58,665 nucleotides of DNA, from the NCBI GenBank assembly GCA_964578325.1, contig CAZOCO010000002.1, forward strand, positions 1 to 58,665, written 5' to 3'. Of this stretch, positions 1-9,321 are shown piece after piece. The DNA is from an uncultured Muribaculum sp. GTDB lineage: Bacteria > Bacteroidota > Bacteroidia > Bacteroidales > Muribaculaceae. Position 1 is the first letter of the stretch. The number at the start of each line of letters is the position of its first letter. A model generated the notes under the pieces. It saw only the letters and a program-made list of their open reading frames with translations. It was not told the origin of the DNA and made no database searches. The translations under genes were made by a program, and so were the position numbers.

Positions 1-1566
1 GGTCAGCACGGCCTGGAATGAGGCGAGGATACCGAAAGTGAAGAAGAGGTTGCACACAAGACCCATGTTTGCTACAAGGCCGGGAATAAAGCCATAGAAA
101 GCAATCATGAAGATCATCAGTAGCACCAGAGACAGCACAAACGACATTAGACCGTCGTGGATGGCCTGCTTACCGAGTGACGGACCGATAACGGTGTCGG
201 AGATGATCTCAACCTTGGCCGCCATCTTACCCGATTTGAGCACGTTTGCAAGGTCTTTTGCATCTTCTACAGTGAAGTTACCGGTAATCTGCGAACGTCC
301 GCCTTCGATTACGCTGTTGATGCGGGGTGCCGAATATACGGCTTCGTCAAGCACGATTGCCACCGGTTTGCCGAGATTGTTCTGGGTTACGCGGGCCCAG
401 GCTTTGGCTCCGTCGGAATTCATTTCCATTGATACGTAGTTGCCGTTGAGCTGCTCGAAGTCGGATGTGGCGTTGGTGACAACGTCGCCACCGAGAGCAG
501 GACGACCGTTGTTGGTCTTCAAGGCTACGAGCTGATAGAGGTCGAGACGACGTACGGCACCGGTGACTGTGTCGGTTACGGTGACTTCTTGTGGTTTAAC
601 TTCCCAGCGGAGTTTGAGGTTGGAGGGAAGGATACGCTTGGCTGCAGGAGTTTCGAGGATTGAATCGATGATTTCGCGATGAGCCATCGTAGCGACACCG
701 ACATAGGGTGTGCCGGGATAGCCGTTGCCATCGAGGCTGGTGTAGAAAGTGCGTCCTGTGCCGGCAGAATCGGTGCGGAGAGCATTTTCAAGAGCCATAA
801 GCTGGTTGGCGATTTCATCGTATGAGTATACTTCATAGAACTCCAAATTGGCCGATGCCTTAAGCAGGTCGCGCACACGGTCGTGTTCTTTCACGCCGGG
901 GAGTTCGAGAAGAATCTGGCCGTCTTTTTCAAGTTCCTGAATGTTGGGCGCTACGACACCAAACTGGTCGATACGGTTGCGGAGTACGTTGGTCGATGAT
1001 GCCACACGGTCTTTTACTTCCTGCTTTACGGTAGCTTCTACCTGTGAGGGCGAATCGCCACGTTTTGCAACGTTCTTGAATACGACTGCCATGTCGGCTG
1101 CAGGGTCGATGGCCTGATATTCTTTGAAAAATTCACCTACATAGTCGACAGTCTTGTTCTTGCGTACTACCGAGTCGGTAGCTGCAAGTACACGGTTGAA
1201 TGTAGCGTTGTCGTCGGCATTGGCGATAGAACGCAGAATGTCGGGTACGGAAACCTGGAGAATTACGTTCATACCTCCTTTCAGGTCAAGGCCGAGGCCT
1301 ACACCCATTTTTTGAACCTGACTGAACGTATAACCGAGGCCGGGATAAACTTTCTCCTTGCTGATGGAGTCGATGAAAGCCTTGTAGGCTTTGCTATAGC
1401 TGTCGGAATTGGCGTCGCCGTCGGCAATGACGAGGGCATAGTCTTGAGCCTTTTTCTCCCATTTGTTGGTCACCCAGGTAAACGACAGGTAGAACAGGCA
1501 CACGAGCGCCAAGAAGATTGCTATAACACCGGAAATTGCACTTCCGGTAGAACCTTTACTTTGCAT
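1..1566 (-). CDS. secDF: Protein translocase subunit SecDF (5' part; runs off the window start)
   Basis: Manual translation from the ATG at 1566: MQSKG...CLFYLSFTWVT...GLGLDLKGGMNVILQVS...RNRIDQFGVVAPNIQ...ANVLKSGKMAA. These are Bacteroidota SecDF motifs. Absent from the ORF track because there is no stop inside the window. Confidence 0.95.
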   Translation of the reverse strand, partial: MQSKGSTGSAISGVIAIFLALVCLFYLSFTWVTNKWEKKAQDYALVIADGDANSDSYSKAYKAFIDSISKEKVYPGLGYTFSQVQKMGVGLGLDLKGGMNVILQVSVPDILRSIANADDNATFNRVLAATDSVVRKNKTVDYVGEFFKEYQAIDPAADMAVVFKNVAKRGDSPSQVEATVKQEVKDRVASSTNVLRNRIDQFGVVAPNIQELEKDGQILLELPGVKEHDRVRDLLKASANLEFYEVYSYDEIANQLMALENALRTDSAGTGRTFYTSLDGNGYPGTPYVGVATMAHREIIDSILETPAAKRILPSNLKLRWEVKPQEVTVTDTVTGAVRRLDLYQLVALKTNNGRPALGGDVVTNATSDFEQLNGNYVSMEMNSDGAKAWARVTQNNLGKPVAIVLDEAVYSAPRINSVIEGGRSQITGNFTVEDAKDLANVLKSGKMAAKVEIISDTVIGPSLGKQAIHDGLMSFVLSLVLLMIFMIAFYGFIPGLVANMGLVCNLFFTFGILASFQAVLT

Positions 1567-1729
1567 TTGTGTAGAATGTGATTATGGTTGTAAATTATTT
1601 AGTTAAATGCTTTATAGGGTATCAGGGTGCAAATATAGCGAAAAAAAATCAGAAATAGGTATTTTCAAGGTATTTATTGTGCACAGCTATGTCAAACGAC
1701 GTTTTTTTTGTGGGCCCAGCGGCGTGATA

Positions 1730-2686
1730 TCAGAATGCGAGTCTGATATTGTCGATCCAAAGGGTCATGCCTAAAGCCCCCTCGTATGCTGTGCCGCAGC
1801 CCGACGATGCCATGACGAGCATGTGGGTGGGTTGGGCGTCCGGACTGTCCCATCCGGTCTCGATAACCGGTACCATCTTACCTTTTGAATTTTTTGCGTA
1901 ATATGAGTTTTCTTTGGAAATGAGGCCCATATATGGTTTGTATGCCGGACTTTTGGTAGCGTCGCCGTAGATGACAGGGATGTCGTGGTTGGTGACCCAT
2001 CCCGACGTTGAAGTGCCGAACCGTTCGCGTCCGGTGCCGACACGCTTGGCATATATATTGCCGTCGGCATCTTCCCAGCGTCGCTGAAGAAGGATGTATA
2101 CTTCGGCCTGATCCTTGCCGCCGATATTTTTCTTTGAAAATCCGGTGGCACGTATCTTCTGCCCGTTGGCGGGAGCTTCTACGCGGTAGTCTATGCGCAA
2201 TGCTTTCGGCCGGTCGGTAGAAGGTATTCCCATTTCCATCTTGCCGTAAGGATTATCGGTAGAGGTGATTGGTTCGATATTGTAGCCGAGATATATAGAT
2301 CCGCTTACAAGTACGTCCATGTGTATCATTCCCAGTACCTTCACATTTTCAAGAATGGTGGTGAGCTTGCAGCAGCGGCCGCCTGCGGGATTAGTGTCGG
2401 GAAAAACTGCGTTGGAGCCTTTTGATATGGTCTTGACGTGGGCGTATACGTTTGAGGTCGCCCATGGTGATCCACCTTTCGGGGTGTAGGGAATATTGCC
2501 GTCGATTGTAGACTCCGGGCCTATCTCATAGAGTGTCTTTTTATGTCCGCCAATGATGTTGGACTCATTGATAGTGCGTGTCACCCACGACTCGAAGTCG
2601 GCGTAGGGTATGAGTTTCTCTTTCTGGGCGCAGATGAGAAAGGGTAATGAGATGAGCGCGGTGGCAATGGCAATGAGTCGTTTCAT
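1730..2686 (-). CDS. Secreted PCMD (putative carbohydrate metabolism domain) protein
   Basis: Signal peptide MKRLIAIATAL; motifs DFESWVTR, SPWATSN and 'TLWIDNIRL' typical of Bacteroidales PCMD proteins. ATG at 2686 chosen over the TTG at 2695. Confidence 0.75.
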   Translation of the reverse strand: MKRLIAIATALISLPFLICAQKEKLIPYADFESWVTRTINESNIIGGHKKTLYEIGPESTIDGNIPYTPKGGSPWATSNVYAHVKTISKGSNAVFPDTNPAGGRCCKLTTILENVKVLGMIHMDVLVSGSIYLGYNIEPITSTDNPYGKMEMGIPSTDRPKALRIDYRVEAPANGQKIRATGFSKKNIGGKDQAEVYILLQRRWEDADGNIYAKRVGTGRERFGTSTSGWVTNHDIPVIYGDATKSPAYKPYMGLISKENSYYAKNSKGKMVPVIETGWDSPDAQPTHMLVMASSGCGTAYEGALGMTLWIDNIRLAF

Positions 2687-2691
2687 AAATC

Positions 2692-3183
2692 TCAAGATTG
2701 ATGTTTGTAGATAAGGGCCGACGCCATAGCAGCAATGCCTTCGCCACGTCCTGTGAATCCGAGGTGTTCGGTGGTGGTGGCTTTTACTGAAACGCAGTCT
2801 GTGGCTATGCCGAGATCATCGGCTATATTAGCCGCCATAGTATCGATATGTGGGGCCAGCTTGGGTGCTTGAGCCATTATTGTCAGGTCGATATTGGCGA
2901 TACTGTATCCGTGGTTGCCGAGCAGGCCGGCTACCTCACGCAATAGCATTCGTGAGTCGGCGCCTTTGTATTTGGGGTCTGTGTCGGGGAAGTGGTAGCC
3001 TATGTCGCGCATGGCTGCCGCTCCAAGCAGGGCATCCATAATTGCATGTAGTGCGACATCGGCGTCGCTGTGGCCGAGCAGTCCGAGAGGCCAGGGTATG
3101 TCGACACCACCGAGTATCAGGTGGCGACCTTCTACAAGGCGGTGAACATCAAAGCCGTTTCCTATTCTGAAAGGTGGTATCAT
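2692..3183 (-). CDS. ispF: 2-C-methyl-D-erythritol 2,4-cyclodiphosphate synthase
   Basis: [20 protein letters not shown] and [16 protein letters not shown] motifs; conserved position after porV. Confidence 0.97.
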   Translation of the reverse strand: MIPPFRIGNGFDVHRLVEGRHLILGGVDIPWPLGLLGHSDADVALHAIMDALLGAAAMRDIGYHFPDTDPKYKGADSRMLLREVAGLLGNHGYSIANIDLTIMAQAPKLAPHIDTMAANIADDLGIATDCVSVKATTTEHLGFTGRGEGIAAMASALIYKHQS

Positions 3184-3260
3184 AAATATAGTTATGGCGT
3201 GGATGAGTATTATCGCCGGTTATAATTATAACAATTGAATCCGACGATAAGTTGACTGCG

Positions 3261-4445
3261 TCAGCGACGTTTGCCAAAAAGGTCTTTGAGACCGTCCATG
3301 TCAAATGTCAGGGTGAAGCGCAGGGTTTGGTCGAGCGGAGATGTCTGCTGCGCAGCCATCATGTATGATGCGTCGAGGCGTATTACGTTGAGCGCGAAGC
3401 CCGCTCCGACGGCAAAACATGAGCGTCCGCCGAGCATCTTGTTCTCGCAGTAGTATCCGGCTCGTACGAAAAACTGCTGATTGTAGTTGTATTCAGCGCC
3501 AAGTGACCATGTTATCTGTTTGAGCAGGCTGCCGTTGTCGCCACCAAACGATTTGAAAATACCTGCTATCGACGAGGTGTTTTTCCAGTCTTGAAGTTTT
3601 TGCTGGTATGAATCGTCGTCGTCGAAGTCGTTGCGACGGGGCTTGACGGGTACGAGCATCTTGTTCAGGTCGAGCGATACGGCCAGATTGTGGTAGTCGG
3701 CCAGAGGATATGTGAACGTCGTACCGATTTTCATGTTTGTGGGGATGAATGCCGGTTCGTTGCCGTTTGAGAAATTGATTTTAGAACCGATGTTGGAAAT
3801 GTTCCATCCGAAGCTCCACTGGCACTCGTTGCGTCCGATTATTGGGTATTTGGTCAGATAGCCTGAAATGTCTGCGGCAAAAGCCGATGCTCCGGTGTTG
3901 CCGGTTGAAACGTCGGTACCTGACTGGTCGTAGCCCAGGTCGGCGTAGATGTAGCGCATTACGACACCCATCGAGTAGCTTTCCGACAGTTTGCGCGAAT
4001 AGCCGATATCGAAAGCCATTTCGTAGGGGTTGATGGAGGTGCCGGCATACATGTCTGATCCGGTGGTAAACTCGCCCATAGAGAAGTAGCGCAACGATGC
4101 CGATACGGCCTGATTGTCGCTATGGCCAATCTTCCAGTATCCTGCTGCATACGCGAGGAACATGTCGTTTACGAGTTTGCGCAACCACGGTGTGTAGCTG
4201 AGCGAGACGCCGGCGGTAGAGTAGGCGAATGCATATTTCGACGGATTCCAGTATTGCGAACATGCGTCGGGATCGGTAGCAGCACCGATGTCGCCCATCG
4301 AGGCTCCGCGTGCGTCGGGTGCTATTGACAGCGACAGTACTCCTGTGGTGACCGGGTTGAAGTCGTCTTTCTGTGCGCTGGCCAAGGCCGGTATCAGCAT
4401 GCCGGCGGCAAGCAGTGCGGCGGTGATCTTTTTGTTTAAAGCCAT
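3261..4445 (-). CDS. porV: Type IX secretion system outer-membrane shuttle PorV
   Basis: LSIAPDARGASMGD, YWNPSKYAF, SYTPWLRKLVND and C-terminal PLDQTLRFTL; porV-ispF synteny. Confidence 0.93.
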   Translation of the reverse strand: MALNKKITAALLAAGMLIPALASAQKDDFNPVTTGVLSLSIAPDARGASMGDIGAATDPDACSQYWNPSKYAFAYSTAGVSLSYTPWLRKLVNDMFLAYAAGYWKIGHSDNQAVSASLRYFSMGEFTTGSDMYAGTSINPYEMAFDIGYSRKLSESYSMGVVMRYIYADLGYDQSGTDVSTGNTGASAFAADISGYLTKYPIIGRNECQWSFGWNISNIGSKINFSNGNEPAFIPTNMKIGTTFTYPLADYHNLAVSLDLNKMLVPVKPRRNDFDDDDSYQQKLQDWKNTSSIAGIFKSFGGDNGSLLKQITWSLGAEYNYNQQFFVRAGYYCENKMLGGRSCFAVGAGFALNVIRLDASYMMAAQQTSPLDQTLRFTLTFDMDGLKDLFGKRR

Positions 4446-4531
4446 TTCCTGATAGATAGTTTTACCTTTATATAACTGCCCGCCACCGCCAATTATTGTA
4501 TGGTAATGCTAAAAATTGCAGGTTTCAAGTA

Positions 4532-4585
4532 GGTGTTGCAGAACGTAGATTTGTCGAGACAATGTTTTCGAGGTTTTGCAACACC
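4532..4585. repeat. Intergenic palindrome (REP/MITE-like or terminator)
   Basis: GGTGTTGCAGAAC (4532-4544) and GTTTTGCAACACC (4573-4585), one mismatch, plus an inner hairpin TCGAGAC/GTTTTCGA. Confidence 0.6.
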
Positions 4586-4601
4586 CTCTGCCTTGTTGAG
4601 G

Positions 4602-6827
4602 CTATTTCTTTTCCAGTAGAATCGTGTAGGTGCCAAATTGTGAGGCGGCATCAAATAGAGCCACCATATCGTTCCACATAGATGCCGACATACGTGTATT
4701 CGGGAACTCCTTCTCAATTGTTATTTTCAATTTGTTGCCATCGATTTTGGCTTTCGAGGAGAACCGGCCGGCATTGTTGCTGATGTTGGAGTTGAGGTGC
4801 TCAAGTGCCGTAGGTGACACGGTATAGCCATGTGGCAGTTCGACTGAAGTATTGGTAATGTTGCATTGTGGATATGGCAGCAGAATGTCATCTCCGGATA
4901 GCCGCGTGCGTTGTGATGGCAGAATCTCGGCCTGGCTTCCGATGAGATCCCCGGCATTTAGTATCAGGTTGCGGCCTGCCTTCTTGACAAGGCCGTTCAT
5001 CGTGTAGTCCACATCATACGATATCGCTGATGATTCCGGAGTGGTGCCTACTCCGCACTCCAGTATTTTATAGGCCCTGAAGTCTTTTGGAGGTACTCCG
5101 TGGTATTTTTCTGTCAAGCGACGTATTTTGTTTTCCTGTTCTTTGGCCTCGTCGGCATTGCGTTCCATGCGGGCCTGTTTTTTCGCCTGGTCTTCTTTGT
5201 GGAAAATGTCTATTGCTATCCCATCGATGGTGAGGTCGGCTACATACGCTCTTATTAGATTATCAGTGGTTAATAAAGAGCCTACGTTTTCTTTTGCAGC
5301 TCCGAAAGCGTCGATGCGACGGTTGATGTTGAGGTCTGTGCCGTCGATTGTGGCGGTGACAGTGGTGACATATCTGTTGTCGTAGGGAGTATTTGTGGGG
5401 AATGTCATCCAACGGTTCTCTGCCAGACGTTCTTTCTTCGGTAGCTTTTTATTGGGCAACAATATGGCTTTTTGGCCTTGCAAAGGTGCGTGTATCTCCG
5501 ATGCGGCATTGTAGCCATCATACGCACCCGAAAAAATTTGTTTAGTGTCGGGAAAATAGATAAAATACCTCCAGTCCTGATAGTTTATCATACTGTCGAT
5601 GGGACCACAATAGCGTGGAGTTACCATTCCCTTTCGGTAGTCAGTTATACCGGTCATGCGTAGCGCGGCATCAAACTCTGCGACAAAATTGGTCGAATAA
5701 TACCATGAATTTGCGGTGAGGTAACTACAAGCCAATAAATTGTATATGTATTCAGTGGTTCTGCTTAAATCCCATTCTTTATTTTTGAATTTCTGTTTTA
5801 CAGTTGATAATATATCACCTTTAAATTCTTTTAAATGATATTTTGTATCTGATTTTAAATCTTGAAATTTCTCAATTCGCTGGATTTGATCCTTTATTAT
5901 TGTCTCTTCGGCCGATGGGTTTACTAACAATCCGTCTTTCTTGATAAATTCCGGTCTGTAGTTCCTGAATATACGATAGTATGACAGCAACTCCACATAA
6001 GGATGTTGTATCATAGGGTTGTAGTACAGTTCGGGCAGAGCGTCTATAGGCTCTTGTATTGATTTGGTTATAATATAGTTTTCGTCGGCATCTTGAGTGA
6101 TTGTGAAGCCTGTGGCTCCGTTGTGTTGGCGGTAAAGTGATGCGAGATCCTTGTCTATTTTGCATTTGGCTGTGTATGACAGTACTGGATAATCCTCTCG
6201 CATCGAGAGTATAAACGGTTCTGGATTGCTATTTCTCAAAGATGTATTTATTAACAGGAAAAGATCTAGTTTGTCGCCAATCTCAAGTCCCGCAACAGCG
6301 AGTTTCTGACGTGTGGCCTTGTCCTGCTTCTTTTGTTGTGAGAGTATGATGAAATCGTCGGTGGGCACCTCTACAATGCGCCCGTCCGGTTTTATGATAC
6401 GAAGCCCAAGTACATATTTACGCTCGTTCATTACCTGGGAATACCATTTACCATCTTTACCCGGATTCTTTATGGGTAGATCATATTCAGCAAACTTTTC
6501 TAATGCACGTTTATCGTTTATTAAAATCAATGTGCGTAGATAGTCATCGGTGTTTATTGTAAATTTGTATTTTAGCCCGTGGCTTTTGTTGTAACCGATA
6601 CCCGGTTTCTTGTCGACATAATAATATCTATGGGCGGCAAGGATAATGGCCGACTCGTCTTTGTATTTTTCTGGTACAGCCGGAGGATTGGTAAACTCCT
6701 GCAGCGGTTCAGCCCACACCTCATCGCGCACCAACGAGGCATATTTTCTGTAATCAGACTCTGTGTCGGCGTAGGCCTGATAGATATATGTCACGGCCAA
6801 CAGCAGTGTGGTGAGAAGTTTTTTCAT
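4602..6827 (-). CDS. Secreted DUF3857-domain protein, transglutaminase-like but lacking a recognisable catalytic motif
   Basis: 741 aa; signal peptide; ESAIIL, 'GLRIIKPDG..VEV' and 'KLAVAGLEIGD' DUF3857 motifs; C-terminal 'VELPHGYTV...NSNISNNAGRF' DUF3858-like region. Confidence 0.75.
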   Translation of the reverse strand: MKKLLTTLLLAVTYIYQAYADTESDYRKYASLVRDEVWAEPLQEFTNPPAVPEKYKDESAIILAAHRYYYVDKKPGIGYNKSHGLKYKFTINTDDYLRTLILINDKRALEKFAEYDLPIKNPGKDGKWYSQVMNERKYVLGLRIIKPDGRIVEVPTDDFIILSQQKKQDKATRQKLAVAGLEIGDKLDLFLLINTSLRNSNPEPFILSMREDYPVLSYTAKCKIDKDLASLYRQHNGATGFTITQDADENYIITKSIQEPIDALPELYYNPMIQHPYVELLSYYRIFRNYRPEFIKKDGLLVNPSAEETIIKDQIQRIEKFQDLKSDTKYHLKEFKGDILSTVKQKFKNKEWDLSRTTEYIYNLLACSYLTANSWYYSTNFVAEFDAALRMTGITDYRKGMVTPRYCGPIDSMINYQDWRYFIYFPDTKQIFSGAYDGYNAASEIHAPLQGQKAILLPNKKLPKKERLAENRWMTFPTNTPYDNRYVTTVTATIDGTDLNINRRIDAFGAAKENVGSLLTTDNLIRAYVADLTIDGIAIDIFHKEDQAKKQARMERNADEAKEQENKIRRLTEKYHGVPPKDFRAYKILECGVGTTPESSAISYDVDYTMNGLVKKAGRNLILNAGDLIGSQAEILPSQRTRLSGDDILLPYPQCNITNTSVELPHGYTVSPTALEHLNSNISNNAGRFSSKAKIDGNKLKITIEKEFPNTRMSASMWNDMVALFDAASQFGTYTILLEKK

Positions 6828-6853
6828 ATCTGTATCGGTTTAATAGGTGTGGT

Positions 6854-8731
6854 TTATAGTGTGATCTCAATCTGGCTCTTGCAGGCGTTCTCCCAATCGG
6901 ACACGACGCGGTTCCATTGTTCTATCTCGTCAATGGCGATGGTCTGGCTCTTTATCTCCATTGCCTTGTGCATGACGACAGTGGTGCCGTCGGGCGAGGA
7001 GAATGTGACGCTGAATGTAGCCTGTGGTAGTGTGGCTGTGAATGGTTCAGGCAAATAGGTGACTGACGCCCCTTCGGGCAGCGACAGTTGTGAGCGGCGC
7101 ACTATGCGACCGCGCGCCGGCAGCCAGTAGGGGGCTCGCCGGTCGTGGTTGTCGATACGTCCCATCTTTATGCCGTTACGTGCATCAAGCTCGACGTATA
7201 CCGCCGGTGACGCATCGGTGATGGCCTCGCTGTTGATTATCGGTGCCTTTATTGTCGCGCATCGGGAGGAGGAACTGAAGTCCCTTTCCAGATCCTCAAC
7301 TGATATCTGACTGCGCCGCAGAGGTACCAGGTCCAGGGCAATTTCCTCGTCTGTGTGCTTCTCGCCTTTTTCGCTATAGCGCGTAATGTATATTTCCTTG
7401 AAGTCGCCCGACAGGGTGCGCGTGACGGTGCCGACTAGCGCGGCATGCCCGAGTACAAGGGTATAGTTGTAGCATACGGAGTCGATAGCCGTTTCGGCCG
7501 GAGCGAGTGTCGGGATATTGTGCAGCATGCACTTTTCCTTGTCGTTGACAGGCAGTAGGATGGCGTCCTTGCCTTGTATGGTGCCGGGGATGTGGTCTGC
7601 CGGAATATACTCATTGGTTGCGTCGAGATACAGTGTGTCGCCATTTTCTACAGCCACGCACACACTATGGTCGGTGGTACCTATAGACGGCACATCGGCA
7701 ATATTGAAGGGAATGTTGTCGGTGCCTACAGATGCCATCCATGCCTCTATACCTTCGTGGCGGAGCAGGGTGGCCACAAGCAGGGCCATACCTTTACAGT
7801 CGCCGTAGCGTTTGCGTATTACTTCGGCCGGCCGGTCAGGACGATGTCCGCTCTCTCCCTCCTCATAGGCCACATAGCGTATGTTGTTTTGCACCCAAGC
7901 GTATATTTTCTCTAGTTTTTGGCGCGACGTGAGTCCGGAGGCGTCTCCTGCGTAGACATTTTGCGTCAGAAAAGAGTTGATGTCCGGGATGTCGGTATCG
8001 ACACGCACCATGCCGACGTGCCAGTCAAACAGCGAGTCTAACGACCCGAACCAGCCTTTTATGATGATCACCGGCTGGTAGCGCATCGGATGTGGGCTGC
8101 GTTTTTCTGCATCCTGCCTCATGGTGCCGTCAAGATTGGTGAGCGTATAGGTATATGCACGGCTACCATCCGGCCTGTTCTCAATGGTCAGGCTTATCGG
8201 AGAGCCGTCGGCCGATGTGAAATTTCGTTCCTCGATGCTCATCTCTGGATATTCGGCCGGAATTGTGATAGTTACAGTCTTATGCTTTATGGGATAGTCG
8301 TCGGCTAGATATAGGCGTGTGAAAAATGCCGGATCGTTGAGAGTACGCTCAAAGTGGGTCTTGCTTTTTTTGCCGGGGCCGTCAAGATCAATATCTATAT
8401 AGCACACGCGGTTGTCGTCGTGAAACACGTTGCGTGATGTTGCGCTCTCATAGCGCGGCTTCCCTTTGCCGTAGGCTTTGTCGAGAGTGACACGGTCGTT
8501 GTAGAACACGTATGGTTTGATGGACTCTTTATAGCGGGTGGCTTCGTATGTGTGGTCTATGGTGCTTTTCACGTAGGCGTTCTTGCCGCCTTTTGGCGCG
8601 ACGATCTGCCATGTCTCTGTGCCGTCTATTATAAACACGTTGTCGTCGCGGTGTTCCATGGCGTCAGCACCGGTGTACACGGTTGTGAATATGGCCAGCG
8701 CAAAAATTTGTTTAAGGATGGCCGATGTCAT
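6854..8731 (-). CDS. Secreted DUF3857/transglutaminase-like protein with intact Cys-His-Asp triad
   Basis: 'IYAWVQNNIRYVAYE', 'RYGDCKGMALL' (Cys), 'TDHSVC' (His) and 'YLDAT' (Asp). Start chosen at 8731 (MTSAILKQ signal peptide). Confidence 0.85.
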   Translation of the reverse strand: MTSAILKQIFALAIFTTVYTGADAMEHRDDNVFIIDGTETWQIVAPKGGKNAYVKSTIDHTYEATRYKESIKPYVFYNDRVTLDKAYGKGKPRYESATSRNVFHDDNRVCYIDIDLDGPGKKSKTHFERTLNDPAFFTRLYLADDYPIKHKTVTITIPAEYPEMSIEERNFTSADGSPISLTIENRPDGSRAYTYTLTNLDGTMRQDAEKRSPHPMRYQPVIIIKGWFGSLDSLFDWHVGMVRVDTDIPDINSFLTQNVYAGDASGLTSRQKLEKIYAWVQNNIRYVAYEEGESGHRPDRPAEVIRKRYGDCKGMALLVATLLRHEGIEAWMASVGTDNIPFNIADVPSIGTTDHSVCVAVENGDTLYLDATNEYIPADHIPGTIQGKDAILLPVNDKEKCMLHNIPTLAPAETAIDSVCYNYTLVLGHAALVGTVTRTLSGDFKEIYITRYSEKGEKHTDEEIALDLVPLRRSQISVEDLERDFSSSSRCATIKAPIINSEAITDASPAVYVELDARNGIKMGRIDNHDRRAPYWLPARGRIVRRSQLSLPEGASVTYLPEPFTATLPQATFSVTFSSPDGTTVVMHKAMEIKSQTIAIDEIEQWNRVVSDWENACKSQIEITL

Positions 8732-8780
8732 GTTGTCGTATTGATGTCTCATGGTCAAGAGTGTGTTGCCTGTTGTTTGG

Positions 8781-8788
8781 CAAAATTA
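8781..8788 (-). promoter_or_regulatory. Bacteroidota sigmaA -7 element for the DUF3857 pair
   Basis: Minus strand TAATTTTG matches TAnnTTTG; CTTG lies 20 nt upstream. Confidence 0.55.
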
Positions 8789-8941
8789 AATAAAAACTTG
8801 CATAATGGCAAGATGCTGCCGGAATAGATGCGGACGTTTTTTAGAAAGTGATCATTTCTTTGGCGCCGGTGTGATCGTGGCGACCGGTGAACCATTTGTG
8901 GCGAGCCGCGGTTATTACTTATGAATATAAATGTTACGATT

Positions 8942-9136
8942 ATGAAAGACGATAATGCACCCCGCTACACTCCCGGTGTTCAGGCCGGAGAATATGAGAC
9001 TGCCGATTCTTGCAATGTCGAGCAGGAAGTAAGAGAACTTAATTCGCTGCAGGCCGACGGCGACAAGGAGTCGTCGATTGTCGACAATGGCTATACGGAC
9101 TGTAAGTGTGCGACACGGAAAACGCCCCAGGCCTGA
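8942..9136 (+). CDS. Small acidic hypothetical protein (64 aa)
   Basis: Fills the gap between the DUF3857 gene and tRNA-Glu; AT-rich lead-in; ends inside a terminator hairpin. Alternative ATG at 8921. Confidence 0.45.
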   Translation: MKDDNAPRYTPGVQAGEYETADSCNVEQEVRELNSLQADGDKESSIVDNGYTDCKCATRKTPQA

Positions 9137-9153
9137 CGGCACCGGGGCGTTTT
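9119..9153. terminator. Bidirectional intrinsic terminator
   Basis: AAAACGCCCC (9119-9128) and GGGGCGTTTT (9144-9153), between the convergent small ORF and tRNA-Glu. Confidence 0.7.
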
Positions 9154-9170
9154 GGTCCAAAGTTGAAATT

Positions 9171-9245
9171 TGGTAGCCCATAGGAGAATCGAACTCCTCT
9201 TTCAAGAATGAAAATCTTGCGTCCTAGCCGATAGACGAATGGGCC
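9171..9245 (-). tRNA. tRNA-Glu(TTC), CCA encoded
   Basis: Reverse complement GGCCCATTCGTCTATCGGCTAGGACGCAAGATTTTCATTCTTGAAAGAGGAGTTCGATTCTCCTATGGGCTA-CCA. Anticodon stem CAAGA/TCTTG around TTC; GTTCGA T-loop. Confidence 0.96.
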
Positions 9246-9321
9246 AATTCTGCTATCCTGCCGCTGTGGCGACACGGATGCTGCAGTGTAAGAGTTGTGG
9301 CAAGCCTCGCGTGGGGGCTGA

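Noticed and set aside
107-1581. Short ORFs 107-439, 576-878 and 1312-1581
   Set aside because: They are shadow ORFs overlapping secDF.
9171-9200. tRNA-Glu 3' end as the attachment site of an island carrying the DUF3857 pair
   Set aside because: I found no partial tRNA duplicate (attL/attR) and no integrase; the second copy is a full tRNA.
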